Assembly (NCBI GenBank): GCA_028874365.1
Contig: JAPPJZ010000018.1
Coordinates: 80,435 to 144,434, forward strand
Length of the DNA stretch: 64,000 nucleotides
DNA from: Chloroflexota bacterium
GTDB lineage: Bacteria > Chloroflexota > Dehalococcoidia > Bin125
Reading direction: 5' to 3'
Under the pieces are notes generated by a model. It was not told the origin of the DNA. It made no database searches and was given only the letters and a program-made list of their open reading frames with translations. Shown here piece by piece: positions 42,498 to 52,612 of this stretch (the first letter of the stretch is position 1; the number at the start of each line of letters is the position of its first letter). A program made the position numbers and the translations under genes.

Positions 42498-43211
42498 ATG
42501 GCCAAGCGGCATCTGGCCGCCGTTCGAGATCTGTTTCCGATCTTCGCGGTGATCGTCCTGTTCCAGGTGGTCGTCATACGCCAGCCGTTTCCCGATGTGG
42601 TCGACGTGGCGATCGGGCTGGTGTGCGTGATCGTCGGGCTGGCGCTGTTCGTTCAGGGCCTGGAGAGCGGCCTCTTCCCGCTGGGCGAGGCGCTGGCTCA
42701 GGGGATGGCGCAGAAGGGAAGCACGCCCGCGCTGCTGGCGCTGGCCTTCAGTCTTGGATTCGGCACGACCGTCGCCGAGCCGGCGCTGATCGCGGTGGCG
42801 TCCGAGGCGGCTGAGGTGGCGGCGGAGGCACGCTTCATTGGCCGCAGCGAGGCTGCCCAGGACCGCTACGCGCTTGAGTTGCGCATGGTCGTGGCGGTCG
42901 CCGTCGGCCTCGCCATCGTCCTCGGAGTGCTGCGCATCCTGAAGGGTTGGCCGATTCACCGGTTCATTATTGCCGGCTACATCCTGGTCATGGTGATGAC
43001 GGTGTTCGCTCCCGAGGAGATCGTGGGCGTGGCCTACGACTCGGGCGGGGTGACAACCAGCACGATCACCGTGCCGCTGATCACCGCGCTGGGCGTGGGG
43101 CTAGCTTCAGCGATCCGCGGGCGCAACCCGATGGTCGACGGTTTCGGCCTGATCGCGTTCGCGAGCCTCACACCGATGATCTGCGTCCTGGGCTACGGGA
43201 TGGTGTCCTGA
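42498..43211 (+). CDS. DUF1538 family membrane protein
   Basis: [50 protein letters not shown]. Start uncertain (ATG 42498 or upstream TTG). Confidence 0.5.
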   Translation: MAKRHLAAVRDLFPIFAVIVLFQVVVIRQPFPDVVDVAIGLVCVIVGLALFVQGLESGLFPLGEALAQGMAQKGSTPALLALAFSLGFGTTVAEPALIAVASEAAEVAAEARFIGRSEAAQDRYALELRMVVAVAVGLAIVLGVLRILKGWPIHRFIIAGYILVMVMTVFAPEEIVGVAYDSGGVTTSTITVPLITALGVGLASAIRGRNPMVDGFGLIAFASLTPMICVLGYGMVS

Positions 43212-43993
43212 TGCTGGATGCTCTCGCGCTGTTCGGCGAAACCCTGCTCTACACGCTTCGCGATGTGTCGCCGATCATCGCGATCCTCGTGGTGTTCCAG
43301 GCGGTCGTGCTGCGGCGCAAGCCGCTCAACATTGGGGGCATCATCACCGGATCGATCATGGTGTTGCTCGGGCTCGCGCTGTTCCTGATCGGACTCGATC
43401 AGGCGCTGTTCCCAATCGGCGAGACGATGGCGCGGCAGCTCACGGAGGAAGCACGGACGCTGGGGAGCGCGGTGCGCTGGGAGGACTACTGGCTCGTCTA
43501 TCTCTTCGCCGGAGCGATCGGCTTTGCGACGACCGTGGCCGAGCCGTCGTTGATCGCGGTGGGGCTCAAGGCCCAGGAGGTATCTGGCGGGGCAGTGAAA
43601 GCCTGGGGGCTGCGCATCGCCGTCGCGGTGGGAGTGGCTGTGGGCGTGGCGCTGGGCTGCTTCCGGATCGTGACGGGCACGCCGCTGCCGTGGTACATCG
43701 TGGGGGCTTACGTGATCGTCATCGTGCAGACGTACCTGGCCAGTCGCACGATTGTCCCGCTGGCCTACGACAGCGGGGGCGTCACGACCTCGACCGTGAC
43801 GGTACCGGTGGTAGCGGCCCTGGGGTTGGGACTGGCCGCGAACATACCGGGACGCAGCCCGCTGATTGACGGATTCGGCTTAATCGCGTTCGCCAGTGTC
43901 TTCCCGATCATGACGGTACTAGGCTATGCAATCAGTGCGGACTGGGTGGAACGCTGGCGTAGGCGGAAAGCACGGCAGGAGGTCGAGCAATGA
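43211..43993 (+). CDS. DUF1538 family membrane protein (paralog)
   Basis: [42 protein letters not shown] overlaps the upstream stop. Confidence 0.6.
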   Translation: MLDALALFGETLLYTLRDVSPIIAILVVFQAVVLRRKPLNIGGIITGSIMVLLGLALFLIGLDQALFPIGETMARQLTEEARTLGSAVRWEDYWLVYLFAGAIGFATTVAEPSLIAVGLKAQEVSGGAVKAWGLRIAVAVGVAVGVALGCFRIVTGTPLPWYIVGAYVIVIVQTYLASRTIVPLAYDSGGVTTSTVTVPVVAALGLGLAANIPGRSPLIDGFGLIAFASVFPIMTVLGYAISADWVERWRRRKARQEVEQ

Positions 43994-44340
43994 AGTTATC
44001 GCTGGTAGTCGCCCTGGTCAGCGACGACAAGACCACCGATGTAATCGATGCGGCGCGGGCGGGCGGCGCGACTGGCGACACGATCATCAGCGGTGCGCGC
44101 GGCGAGGGACTACGGCCGGAAAAGACCTTTCTGGGGCTGGACCTGACAGCACGGCGGGACTTGATCCTGTTCCTGGTGGCGGAGTCGCGGGCGCGAGACA
44201 TCCTCGAGCGCATCGCGGAGGCCGGCGGTATGGATCGCGAGCATGGCGACGGCGTGGCCTTTCAGCTCACGATCGCAGACGCGGTCGGCCTCTCGACCCA
44301 GTTGCCCAGGCTGATGGAAGAGTTGGAAGAAGCCATATGA
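43990..44340 (+). CDS. P-II-like (DUF190/nitrogen regulatory protein P-II superfamily) protein
   Basis: MKLSLVVALVSDDKTTDVIDAARAGGATGDTIISGARGEG. Confidence 0.5.
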   Translation: MKLSLVVALVSDDKTTDVIDAARAGGATGDTIISGARGEGLRPEKTFLGLDLTARRDLILFLVAESRARDILERIAEAGGMDREHGDGVAFQLTIADAVGLSTQLPRLMEELEEAI

Positions 44341-44747
44341 CCGATCGGCACGACCAACCGGTGCTCCGCGTGTCCGATGTGATGGGCACGGAGCTGCACA
44401 CGATCGACGGGCTGGCGACGGCGGCCGAGGCAATGGCGTCGATGAAGCGGCTGCAGATCAGTTCGCTGGTCGTCAACCGGCGGCACGGCAACGACGAACT
44501 GGGAGTCATCACCGTCAGCGACCTGGCCCGAGACGTGATCACGCAGGATCGCGCTCCCGAGCGGGTCAATGTCTACGAGATCATGTCGAAGCCCGCTCTG
44601 ACGGTGCGCTCGGGGATGCTCGCGCGCTACGCGGTGCGGCTGCTGGTCCAGTTTGGCGTGTCCCGCGCGCTCGTGATCGACGACGATGGCAACCCGCTGG
44701 GTCTGGTCACGCTGCGCGACCTGGTGCTGGGGTTGTCCGACGCGTAG
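44337..44747 (+). CDS. CBS domain pair protein
   Basis: VSDVMGTELHTIDGLATAAEAMASMKRLQISSLVV and a second CBS at VYEIMSKPALTVRSGMLARYAVRLLVQFGVSRALVID. Confidence 0.7.
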   Translation: MTDRHDQPVLRVSDVMGTELHTIDGLATAAEAMASMKRLQISSLVVNRRHGNDELGVITVSDLARDVITQDRAPERVNVYEIMSKPALTVRSGMLARYAVRLLVQFGVSRALVIDDDGNPLGLVTLRDLVLGLSDA

Positions 44748-44784
44748 GCGTTGCGCCCACGCGGCGATGACACGGGCTCACGGA

Positions 44785-46950
44785 TCAGGCGCGCGTGAGC
44801 GTCTTTCGCCGGTGGGTAACGAAGTCGTGGAGCACGTACTCGCCTAGCTCGTCGGGCTGGCTGTAGAAGACTCGGCCGCCATTAATCCGCGCCACGCGGT
44901 CGACGAATTCCTTCAGGTAGTAGCTGCGGTCGAGCATGAAGACATTAATCACAATGTCCTTCTTCGTGCAGTGGCGTACTTCCTTGAGCGTCTCGCGAAT
45001 CGTGATCGGCGAGGGCGGATAGGCGAAGTAGGAACGTCCCTGTTCGAGGTGCGCGGTCGGTTCGCCGTCGGTGATCATGATGATCTGCCGCGTGCCGACC
45101 TTGTGCTTGGCCAACAGCTGCTGAGCGATCAGCAGGGCGTGGTGCATGTTCGTGCCCAGCACCGTCTCGTCCCAGCGGACGTAGGGAAGCTGGTCGGCCT
45201 TGAGCTCGCGGGCGTACGCGCTGAACCCGATCAGGTAGAGCGAGTCGCGCGGATACTGCATGCGGATCAGGTTGTTCAGCGCCATCGCGACCTTCTTGGC
45301 CGCCTGGAACGACCCGCGCAGCGCCATTGACCAGGAGAGGTCGAGCATCACGACGGTTGCCGTCTGGGTCAGCGTCTCGGAGCGGAAGACCTGGAAATCA
45401 TCCGGCACCAGGTTGACGGGCACCTGCGGTCCGCCTTCCGGCGCGGTGCGCAGGATCGCATTGGAAATGGTGTCCTTGAGGTTGAGATGGAACGGGTCGC
45501 CGAACTCGTAGAGCTTGGTGTCGTCGGCGCGATCGCCGTAGCGACCCGTTTCGGCGACGTTGTGCTTGCCGAAGTTCTGCCGCTTGAGATTGGCGTAGAT
45601 CTCGGCCAGCGCCTTCTCGCCGATGCGCCGGTTACCGCGCGGCGTCAACTCCCAGGCATTGCCCTTCTTCTCGAGGTACCCGGCTTCTTCGAGTAGCTCA
45701 AGCAGTTGCTTGAGCTGTTCGAGGATTTCGCGGGCCTCCTCGCCCATCAGCTCTTCGAGCTGGTCCGGATCGATGTCGTCGATGTTGCCGCCGTACTGCA
45801 CACGCTCTAGCGCCCGCTCGAGTTCGTCGAGTTGCTGCATATCGCCCATCAGCGACATTGCGGCCTGCAGGTCGATCTCTTCTTGGCCGCGGAATGGGTA
45901 CTGGTTGAGCAGGTCGCGCATCGGATAGAGCGATTCCAGGTTCTGCGCGAGCTGCGCCAGTTCCTGTTCCATGCCCATGTCGCCCATCAGCTGCTGCATC
46001 ATGTCGCCGAGTTGCTGACGCATGTCGCCCGGAAGCGACGACATCAGGTTTTGCATCTGCGCGGCCTGGCGCTGCATCTGCTCGACCAGTTCATCGAGCG
46101 ACTGCGGCGGGTCGTCGCCGAACATGTCGCCCCACTTGTCCATGAACTCGTCGAAGCGCGGGTCCTCGCCCCGACGCTGTCGCTCCAGCATCTCGTTGAG
46201 GTCGCGCATCATCTCGCGCATCTGCTCCATGTCCTCGGGCGACATGTCGGACATCATCTGGCTCATGTCCTGGAAGAAGCGATTCATCATCGCCTGTTTG
46301 AGTTGCTCCAGCAGTTCCTCGTACCTCTGGCGCGCCTCGTCGTCCTCGAACTCGTACTCCTGCAACTCCTTCACCTGGCCCGCCGCGTCCTCCGGCAGAC
46401 GGTCGATCTGCTCCTGCTTGCGCTCCAGCCGCTGTCGCAAGGCCTCCTTCAGCCGTTCCATTTCATCGTCAGTGAGGGGCGAGGCCTGTTGTTGGCCGCT
46501 CGGTTGGCCGGATTCCTGCCCCTCTTGCGGTTCGCCCATCTGGCCCTGCGGCTGACCCTGTTGCTGGGGCTCGCCAGGCATCTGCTCGTCGGTCGGCTGC
46601 GCAGGCTCCGGCCTCGGACCGACCTCGTCCAGCCGGTCGTCCAGCGCGTCTCGTTCAAGATCGAGGATCTCGTCCAGTTGCCGCTGGATGTCGTCGAAGA
46701 CCGAGGACAGGTCGAAGCGCTCAAGCTGTTGGCGGCGCTGCTGCCGAAGCCGCTGAAGCAGATCGCGCATGCCGTCGGTGCGATCGCCGTTGGGCATGCG
46801 GACACCGCGCTGCATCATATTGCGCAGCGCCTGCTGGAGATCGCCGAAGGAGAGCAGATCGTCGGAGAGCGATTGCAGGACATCGTCGGCGTCAAGCGCG
46901 GGAATGTCCTGCGTGCCATCCCACTGCGAGTATCGAAATCGGGTGGGCAT
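44785..46950 (-). CDS. VWA domain-containing protein (CoxE/BchD-like) with a long acidic/Gln-rich coiled-coil N-terminal region
   Basis: C-terminal VWA core with MIDAS-like DLSWSM and ...IMITDGEPT. Confidence 0.65.
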   Translation of the reverse strand: MPTRFRYSQWDGTQDIPALDADDVLQSLSDDLLSFGDLQQALRNMMQRGVRMPNGDRTDGMRDLLQRLRQQRRQQLERFDLSSVFDDIQRQLDEILDLERDALDDRLDEVGPRPEPAQPTDEQMPGEPQQQGQPQGQMGEPQEGQESGQPSGQQQASPLTDDEMERLKEALRQRLERKQEQIDRLPEDAAGQVKELQEYEFEDDEARQRYEELLEQLKQAMMNRFFQDMSQMMSDMSPEDMEQMREMMRDLNEMLERQRRGEDPRFDEFMDKWGDMFGDDPPQSLDELVEQMQRQAAQMQNLMSSLPGDMRQQLGDMMQQLMGDMGMEQELAQLAQNLESLYPMRDLLNQYPFRGQEEIDLQAAMSLMGDMQQLDELERALERVQYGGNIDDIDPDQLEELMGEEAREILEQLKQLLELLEEAGYLEKKGNAWELTPRGNRRIGEKALAEIYANLKRQNFGKHNVAETGRYGDRADDTKLYEFGDPFHLNLKDTISNAILRTAPEGGPQVPVNLVPDDFQVFRSETLTQTATVVMLDLSWSMALRGSFQAAKKVAMALNNLIRMQYPRDSLYLIGFSAYARELKADQLPYVRWDETVLGTNMHHALLIAQQLLAKHKVGTRQIIMITDGEPTAHLEQGRSYFAYPPSPITIRETLKEVRHCTKKDIVINVFMLDRSYYLKEFVDRVARINGGRVFYSQPDELGEYVLHDFVTHRRKTLTRA

Positions 46951-46992
46951 GGCTCACTCCATCAATGAGGTTGGCGGCGAGTTGCGCGCAGT

Positions 46993-48402
46993 CTAGGCGC
47001 GATAGAAGATGCTGCCTCCAACGATGTCCTTGTTCAGCCGCTTGTTCAGGTGGAGGCCTTCGAGCAGGAACTCGACCGCGGCGGCCAGCGAGGCGGCGTC
47101 CTCGCCCACGTTGAGCGGCTGGAGGGCTTCGTCGAGTCCCTCCACGCGGCCGACGATGGCGGCGTAGTCGCCCGCTTTGAGCGCTTCGCCGACCTCGACC
47201 GCGAGGCCCGACTTGAACTGCGCGATCACGGGTTCCAGCTCGCCGAGCTCGAAGTATCGTCCAAACACGACGGCGATTGCGCCTGCAATCAGTTTCTCAA
47301 TCACTTTCTCGTCGGCGCCCTCGTCAACCGTCTCCAGCTCCATCTTTCCCTGCAGCGCCGGAGCCAGGTGCCACAGGTCGCAGATGCGCGGAGCGATCTG
47401 ATCTTCGCCGCCGAGGATGCCGCGGCGCATGGCATTTGCGGTCAACGTCTCATAGCCGGATATCGAGGCTCGCACCGACACACCGGAGCGTTGCGAGACG
47501 TCGGGACTGCGACGAGCGAGTCGGACGATCTCGGCCACGATCTCGGCCATGTAGTCCGGGGTGTTGATGTTGCGTCCCGCGGCCGCCATCGGCGCGGCTT
47601 CCTGGGAGACGATCTCAAGCTCGGTCTCGAGTTCCGACGGGTAGTGCGTCCGGATCTGCGCGCCGTAGCGGTCCTTGAGCGGCGTGATGATTCGCCCGCG
47701 GTTTGTGTAGTCCTCGGGGTTGGCAGATGCCACGATCAACACGTCCAGCGGCAGCCGCACGCGGAAACCACGGATCTGAACGTCGCGCTCTTCCATGATG
47801 TTGAGTAGACCGACCTGGATCCGTTCGGCCAGGTCGGGCAACTCGTTGATGCAGAAAATGCCGCGGTTGGTGCGCGGAATCAACCCGAAGTGAATGGTCA
47901 TCTCGTCCGAGAGGTAGCGGCCCTCGGCCACCTTGATCGGGTCGACCTCGCCGATCAGGTCGGCGATCGTGATGTCGGGAGTGGCCAGCTTCTCGCCGTA
48001 GCGATCTCCGCGAGAGATCCAGCGGATCGGGGCGTCGTCGCCGAGCTCATCGGCCGTCTGCCGTCCCTCGAGTGAGATGGGCGCCAACGGCTCCTCGTAG
48101 ATTTCGACGCCTTCGAGTACTGGGATCTCATCGTCGAGCAACCCGGTCAGCGCGCGGATCATGCGGCTCTTGGCCTGTCCGCGTTCGCCCAGGAAGATCA
48201 CGTCCTGCTCGGCAAGCAGTGCATTCTCGAGCGCCGGCACGACCGTGTCTTCGTAGCCGTGGATCTCGGGGAACAGCGGTCCGCCCGCCTCTAGCCGCTT
48301 GATCAGGTTCTCACGGATCTCTGCTCGGACGGTTCGCGGTTGGTACCCGGAGTCCTTCAATTGTCCGACGGTGGCCGCTTTCCCGTTCGCGTTTGCGCTC
48401 AC
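46993..48402 (-). CDS. magnesium-chelatase-like AAA+ ATPase (ChlI/MoxR-type), partner of the VWA protein
   Basis: AAA+ core with DVIFLGERGQAKS (Walker A-like) and Walker B. GTG start at 48402 with GGAG Shine-Dalgarno. Confidence 0.65.
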   Translation of the reverse strand: MSANANGKAATVGQLKDSGYQPRTVRAEIRENLIKRLEAGGPLFPEIHGYEDTVVPALENALLAEQDVIFLGERGQAKSRMIRALTGLLDDEIPVLEGVEIYEEPLAPISLEGRQTADELGDDAPIRWISRGDRYGEKLATPDITIADLIGEVDPIKVAEGRYLSDEMTIHFGLIPRTNRGIFCINELPDLAERIQVGLLNIMEERDVQIRGFRVRLPLDVLIVASANPEDYTNRGRIITPLKDRYGAQIRTHYPSELETELEIVSQEAAPMAAAGRNINTPDYMAEIVAEIVRLARRSPDVSQRSGVSVRASISGYETLTANAMRRGILGGEDQIAPRICDLWHLAPALQGKMELETVDEGADEKVIEKLIAGAIAVVFGRYFELGELEPVIAQFKSGLAVEVGEALKAGDYAAIVGRVEGLDEALQPLNVGEDAASLAAAVEFLLEGLHLNKRLNKDIVGGSIFYRA

Positions 48403-48457
48403 ATCGACTCCTGTCCGCTGCCGACCGACTCGCTCGAATGCGGTCGGCGCCCCATCA

Positions 48458-49423
48458 CTATGTTGAACGCCGGGCATCGTCAAGTGCCCGCAGCGCTTCA
48501 TCGCGCGCGAAGCGCGGAAGCGGCTTCATCTGGCCGCCGTGACTGAGTGTAGCGCGTATCCCTGACCCCACCCGCCCGATCGCCGATGCTTGCACACCCC
48601 CCTGGGACAACTCCGAAAGCGCCTCGTCAAGTGCGTCGGGCGACACGGCAGCCAGCAACGTACCGGAGCCGAGCAGTCCGATCGGGTCCAGCCCGTGAGC
48701 TTCACAGACATGCAACGTATCCGGCAGCCAGATGATGTCATCGAGTTGCAGCTCCGGCGCGAGTCCGGCCGCTTCAGCCAGTTCGAGCGCTGCCGTTGCG
48801 ATTCCGCCCTCGGTCACATCGTGCATCGCATGCACCCCCGCTACCTCGCGCAGCGTTCGCGCGGCAGTGGCGATGCTGATGCCCGGTGTCTGGAGCAAGT
48901 CCGGATATCCGAGAATCGCGGTCCCTTCCACGGCGGCCGCCCCCGCCTGGACGATCACGTCGCCGTCGAGCGCGCCGTCTGAAGGGATGACTGAGTCGAT
49001 CGCGGCCCGCCCGATCAACGTGCATGACACGACCGTGCGCGTGACCGCGTCGGTGACCTCCGTGTGGCCACCAACCAGGGCAATGCCTTCCCCAGCGCAG
49101 GCTGACTGCAGATCGCGGAGCAGCGCCTCCAGCGCTGACGGTGTCGTGCCGACGGGAGCGAGGATCGTGGCCAGCAGCCAGAGCGGTTCAGCACCCACCG
49201 CGTGAATGTCGTTGGCGTTGACGGTCACCGCGAGCTTGCCGGCATCTGCATCGACAAACGTGATCGGATCCGATGTCGTGACCAGCGCTTGCCCGCCGAA
49301 CTCGACGATCGCAGCATCGCGCCCCACGCCGGGACCCTGGATGACGTCCGCGGTATTGATCGCGTCGAGCGCTGCCAGCACCTCGGGCGGCGCCTTGCCG
49401 GCGAACAACGATTGTTCGGTCAT
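48458..49423 (-). CDS. AIR synthase-related (PurM-like) protein, not SelD/HypE/ThiL by end motifs
   Basis: PurM N/C-domain pattern (GRDAAIV...DPITF; GGHTEV). Lacks the SelD N-terminal Cys/Sec-x-x-Lys and the HypE C-terminal Cys. Confidence 0.55.
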   Translation of the reverse strand: MTEQSLFAGKAPPEVLAALDAINTADVIQGPGVGRDAAIVEFGGQALVTTSDPITFVDADAGKLAVTVNANDIHAVGAEPLWLLATILAPVGTTPSALEALLRDLQSACAGEGIALVGGHTEVTDAVTRTVVSCTLIGRAAIDSVIPSDGALDGDVIVQAGAAAVEGTAILGYPDLLQTPGISIATAARTLREVAGVHAMHDVTEGGIATAALELAEAAGLAPELQLDDIIWLPDTLHVCEAHGLDPIGLLGSGTLLAAVSPDALDEALSELSQGGVQASAIGRVGSGIRATLSHGGQMKPLPRFARDEALRALDDARRST

Positions 49424-49520
49424 GTAGTCATGCTTGCACTATTGCACTCGCTGCGAGAACTCCTTCGAGTTGGCGCAACATCGGCCATACCCACCGACCG
49501 CAGAAGCATATGCTGAGGTT

Positions 49521-51638
49521 ATGAACGCGACGCTAACCGAGCACATCGGCGGGCTGGCCTGGTCTGAGGACCCGCTCGGACGCGAGCTTAGCGCTCTGCG
49601 CATCGACTTCGAGGGGGCAGCGCCGAGGTCAATCTCACTTCCCCGGCGCGGGCCGGTCAGCCTCGCAGATCACGGCGACGCCGACACGCTCGGCGCCGTC
49701 CGCGAAGAACTGCTGGAAGCCGAGCGCACCTTGGGCGGCCCCGCCGTCGTTCGCTGGAAAGCCTACGGCGCGGGCAACATCGATGCCTCCGACGCGCGAC
49801 TGATTGACGAACCGCTGCCCTGGGGCGGTGGTCCGGGCCGCGGCTTGCCTCACGCTCCGCAGCCGACCGACCGTTGGTCACGGGCCAACGCAGGCGAAGT
49901 GATCCCCAATGTCATGACCCCGCTGAGCTGGTCGGTCATCGCCGACGCGCTTGACCGCGGATTCCACGCGCCCTGGGGCGAGTGGAGCGAGGGTCGCCGA
50001 TTCGTTGCGCTGTACGACGGCTACGCCTACTTCAACATCGGCCTGATGATGGAGATCATTCAGGAGCGACTCGGCCTCACGGGCGCGCACTTCCTTGAAG
50101 CCGTGGGTGGCCCGGAAGCGGCCGAAGTGGTCCGGCCCGGCGGTAACGGTGAGCGCTCAACCAAGATCCGTTGGCTCACCATGACCCGGGAGATCCCGTA
50201 CATGATCCGCTGGCTGCGCGATCAGGACCAGCTCCCCAAGCGCTGGCCGGACGAGCGTCAGTCCTGCGAAGACGAGCGCGACCGGCTGAAGGGACTGGAT
50301 ATCGAAGCGTTGTCCGATCGAGAGATTTTCCGCGAACTCTCGCGATCGAGCGCGGAGAGCGACCGACAGACCGTGTTCTTGATGCGGGCGCAGGCTGCAG
50401 TCTTCAGCGCCGCGCAGGGCCTGCTCTGGGCAACCGATCGATGGCTGGGCTCGAACCGACGGGATTTGGTGCTGTCGGTATTGCAGGGCCTGCCGGGCGT
50501 ACGCACTCAGGAGGGCAACATTGCCTTGCGGCGCGTCGCACAGCGAACCGCTGCGAGTCCGGAAGCCACCGATTTCGTCCGACGTGAAGACGCGGCCAAT
50601 CTCTGGCCAGCGGTCCACAGCAACCTGCTACCCGCCTCGATCTCCTGGCTGCGCGATGAACTTGACGCCTTCATGGCGGAGTACGGACACCGCGCCGCCG
50701 GCGAGCTCGAGGCTGCCGAGCCTCGCTGGGTCGAACAGCCGGAACTGATCCTCGACACATTCCGCGACTACGTGCTTCATCCGGAACGCAACAACCCTGA
50801 CGAATTGCTCGAGCGGCAGCGGACAACTCGCGTGGAAGCAGAGGCCCAAATCCGCGAGCACCTCAGTCAACACCCGCTCGGCCGCTTCCGTTGGATGCTG
50901 TTCAACGCTCAGATCAGGCAGGCCCGCCGACTGCAGCCGTTGCGTGAGAATCCGAAGTTCAGCCTGCTGGAGCTCTCGCTGCAACAGCGGCGCCTGTGGA
51001 AGACGCTGGCGACGCGCTGGATCGAGCGCGACCTGCTCGACGATCCCGACGATGTCTACTTCCTGCTCTTCGACGAGCTCGCGACGCTCACCCGGCGTTC
51101 CGACGACGCGACCATTGCTGCCCGGATGCGAAGCCGGATTCGACGGCGACGGCTGCAGTTCGTGGAGTGGCAGAAGTCGCAAGCACCGCCGCTGCGCGAC
51201 CGGTTCGGCGACCCGATCGGTAGCGCTGCACCAGCGCCTGGGGAGCAGCCGCCAGCCACGGTCCTCGTGGATGATGCGGAATCAACGCCAGAACCCGACC
51301 TCGAGCTACCGCTGACTCTGCGTGGCATCGCTGCGTCGACCGGCGAGGCAGAAGGTCGAGCACACGTCGCCGATTCCGCGGTCACAGGTCGAGCGTTGAC
51401 TCCGGGGCAGATTTTGGTCGCCCGCTTTACCGACCCGGGTTGGACGCCGATCTTCCCGCTCGCCGCCGCCGTCGTCACTGAAATCGGCGGCGTCCTCAGC
51501 CACGGCGCCATCGTCGCGAGGGAGTTCGGCATCCCCGCAGTCGTCAACGTGCAAAAGGCCACGCAGCAGATTCGCTCCGGAGACTTGCTCCGAGTCGACG
51601 GCGCCAGCGGCCAGGTCACCATCGTCGAGCGGGCCTAG
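49521..51638 (+). CDS. PEP-utilizing-enzyme mobile-domain protein (PpsA/rifampin-phosphotransferase-like), unknown substrate
   Basis: C-terminal swivelling phospho-His domain LTPGQILVARFTDPGWTPIFPLAAAVVTEIGGVLSHGAIVAREFGIPAVV. The ORF-track start at 49434 is possibly too early. Confidence 0.55.
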   Translation: MNATLTEHIGGLAWSEDPLGRELSALRIDFEGAAPRSISLPRRGPVSLADHGDADTLGAVREELLEAERTLGGPAVVRWKAYGAGNIDASDARLIDEPLPWGGGPGRGLPHAPQPTDRWSRANAGEVIPNVMTPLSWSVIADALDRGFHAPWGEWSEGRRFVALYDGYAYFNIGLMMEIIQERLGLTGAHFLEAVGGPEAAEVVRPGGNGERSTKIRWLTMTREIPYMIRWLRDQDQLPKRWPDERQSCEDERDRLKGLDIEALSDREIFRELSRSSAESDRQTVFLMRAQAAVFSAAQGLLWATDRWLGSNRRDLVLSVLQGLPGVRTQEGNIALRRVAQRTAASPEATDFVRREDAANLWPAVHSNLLPASISWLRDELDAFMAEYGHRAAGELEAAEPRWVEQPELILDTFRDYVLHPERNNPDELLERQRTTRVEAEAQIREHLSQHPLGRFRWMLFNAQIRQARRLQPLRENPKFSLLELSLQQRRLWKTLATRWIERDLLDDPDDVYFLLFDELATLTRRSDDATIAARMRSRIRRRRLQFVEWQKSQAPPLRDRFGDPIGSAAPAPGEQPPATVLVDDAESTPEPDLELPLTLRGIAASTGEAEGRAHVADSAVTGRALTPGQILVARFTDPGWTPIFPLAAAVVTEIGGVLSHGAIVAREFGIPAVVNVQKATQQIRSGDLLRVDGASGQVTIVERA

Positions 51639-51642
51639 GCGC

Positions 51643-52572
51643 TCAGATCAGCGGCGGTGCAGGCTCGAGGAGTGACCTGCTCTGGCCGTCGACCAATAGC
51701 GGCATGTAATCCCAGCCGGCGAGCAAGATTGGATCGATGCCTCGCAGCGCGGTCGTCACCAACTCGCGGTCCAGGCTGTTGGCCAACGTGATCATCGAGG
51801 CGATACGAAAACCACTCGTGCCGCCAATCGCCTCCTCCGCCTCACGCAGCGAGCGCCGCATCAACCGCCGAACCGTCCGGCCGTCGACGACCGATGTCGA
51901 CGGCGCGCAGATCACGATCGGGTCCTCGATCCCGTCGAGACGCTGAATGCGCCACGTATCCTCGCCCTTGACCGTGGTCGCGACGCCGTCCTTGCGGATC
52001 CCGTTGGCCACGAGAACAAGGAAGTCGACCATCTGGGTGATCTGTTGCTCGTCCTCGGGCAGTCGGTGGATGTTCGACGAATCGAGCTGGTACTCGCCCA
52101 TCACCTGGTTGGTGAACCGCGCCCACTGTTGCGACAACCCGCCGAGGACGCTCATGTAGGAGCCCTCGCTGCCGGTCTTGCGCACCGCAACATCGACCTT
52201 GAACGTGACCTCTCCCTTTGCACCGACATCCAACTCGCGGGCAGCCTCGGCGACCAGACCGGCGGCATGGTCGGAGTCCTCGGGCAGCGGTGCGCCCGGA
52301 GGAACCCAGAGCGCGATGTCGCGCGCGCCATAGGCGTGCAGCCGTTCCTCGAGATCGACCTTGCGTGCCAGCGTTGCCCCATCGGCCTGTAGCGCCGGCA
52401 GGTCAAACAACGGGCACGCGGCGATCGAGCCGTCCGCGTCATTCGCCCGGATCTTGGTGGTCAGGGAACTCGGCGTCGGCGGTTCGAACCGCACGTCCGA
52501 CGCACCGTTCGCGATCAACGCGTCGCGCGTCATCGTCGCCGCGAGCAAGGTCAGCTGCTGCCGGGGATCCAT
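51643..52572 (-). CDS. hypothetical protein
   Basis: 309 aa with protein-like composition. No motif recognised. Confidence 0.4.
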   Translation of the reverse strand: MDPRQQLTLLAATMTRDALIANGASDVRFEPPTPSSLTTKIRANDADGSIAACPLFDLPALQADGATLARKVDLEERLHAYGARDIALWVPPGAPLPEDSDHAAGLVAEAARELDVGAKGEVTFKVDVAVRKTGSEGSYMSVLGGLSQQWARFTNQVMGEYQLDSSNIHRLPEDEQQITQMVDFLVLVANGIRKDGVATTVKGEDTWRIQRLDGIEDPIVICAPSTSVVDGRTVRRLMRRSLREAEEAIGGTSGFRIASMITLANSLDRELVTTALRGIDPILLAGWDYMPLLVDGQSRSLLEPAPPLI

Positions 52573-52612
52573 GGCCCGCAGCGTATCGCAGGGCCGATCG
52601 GTCAGCTGCCGA

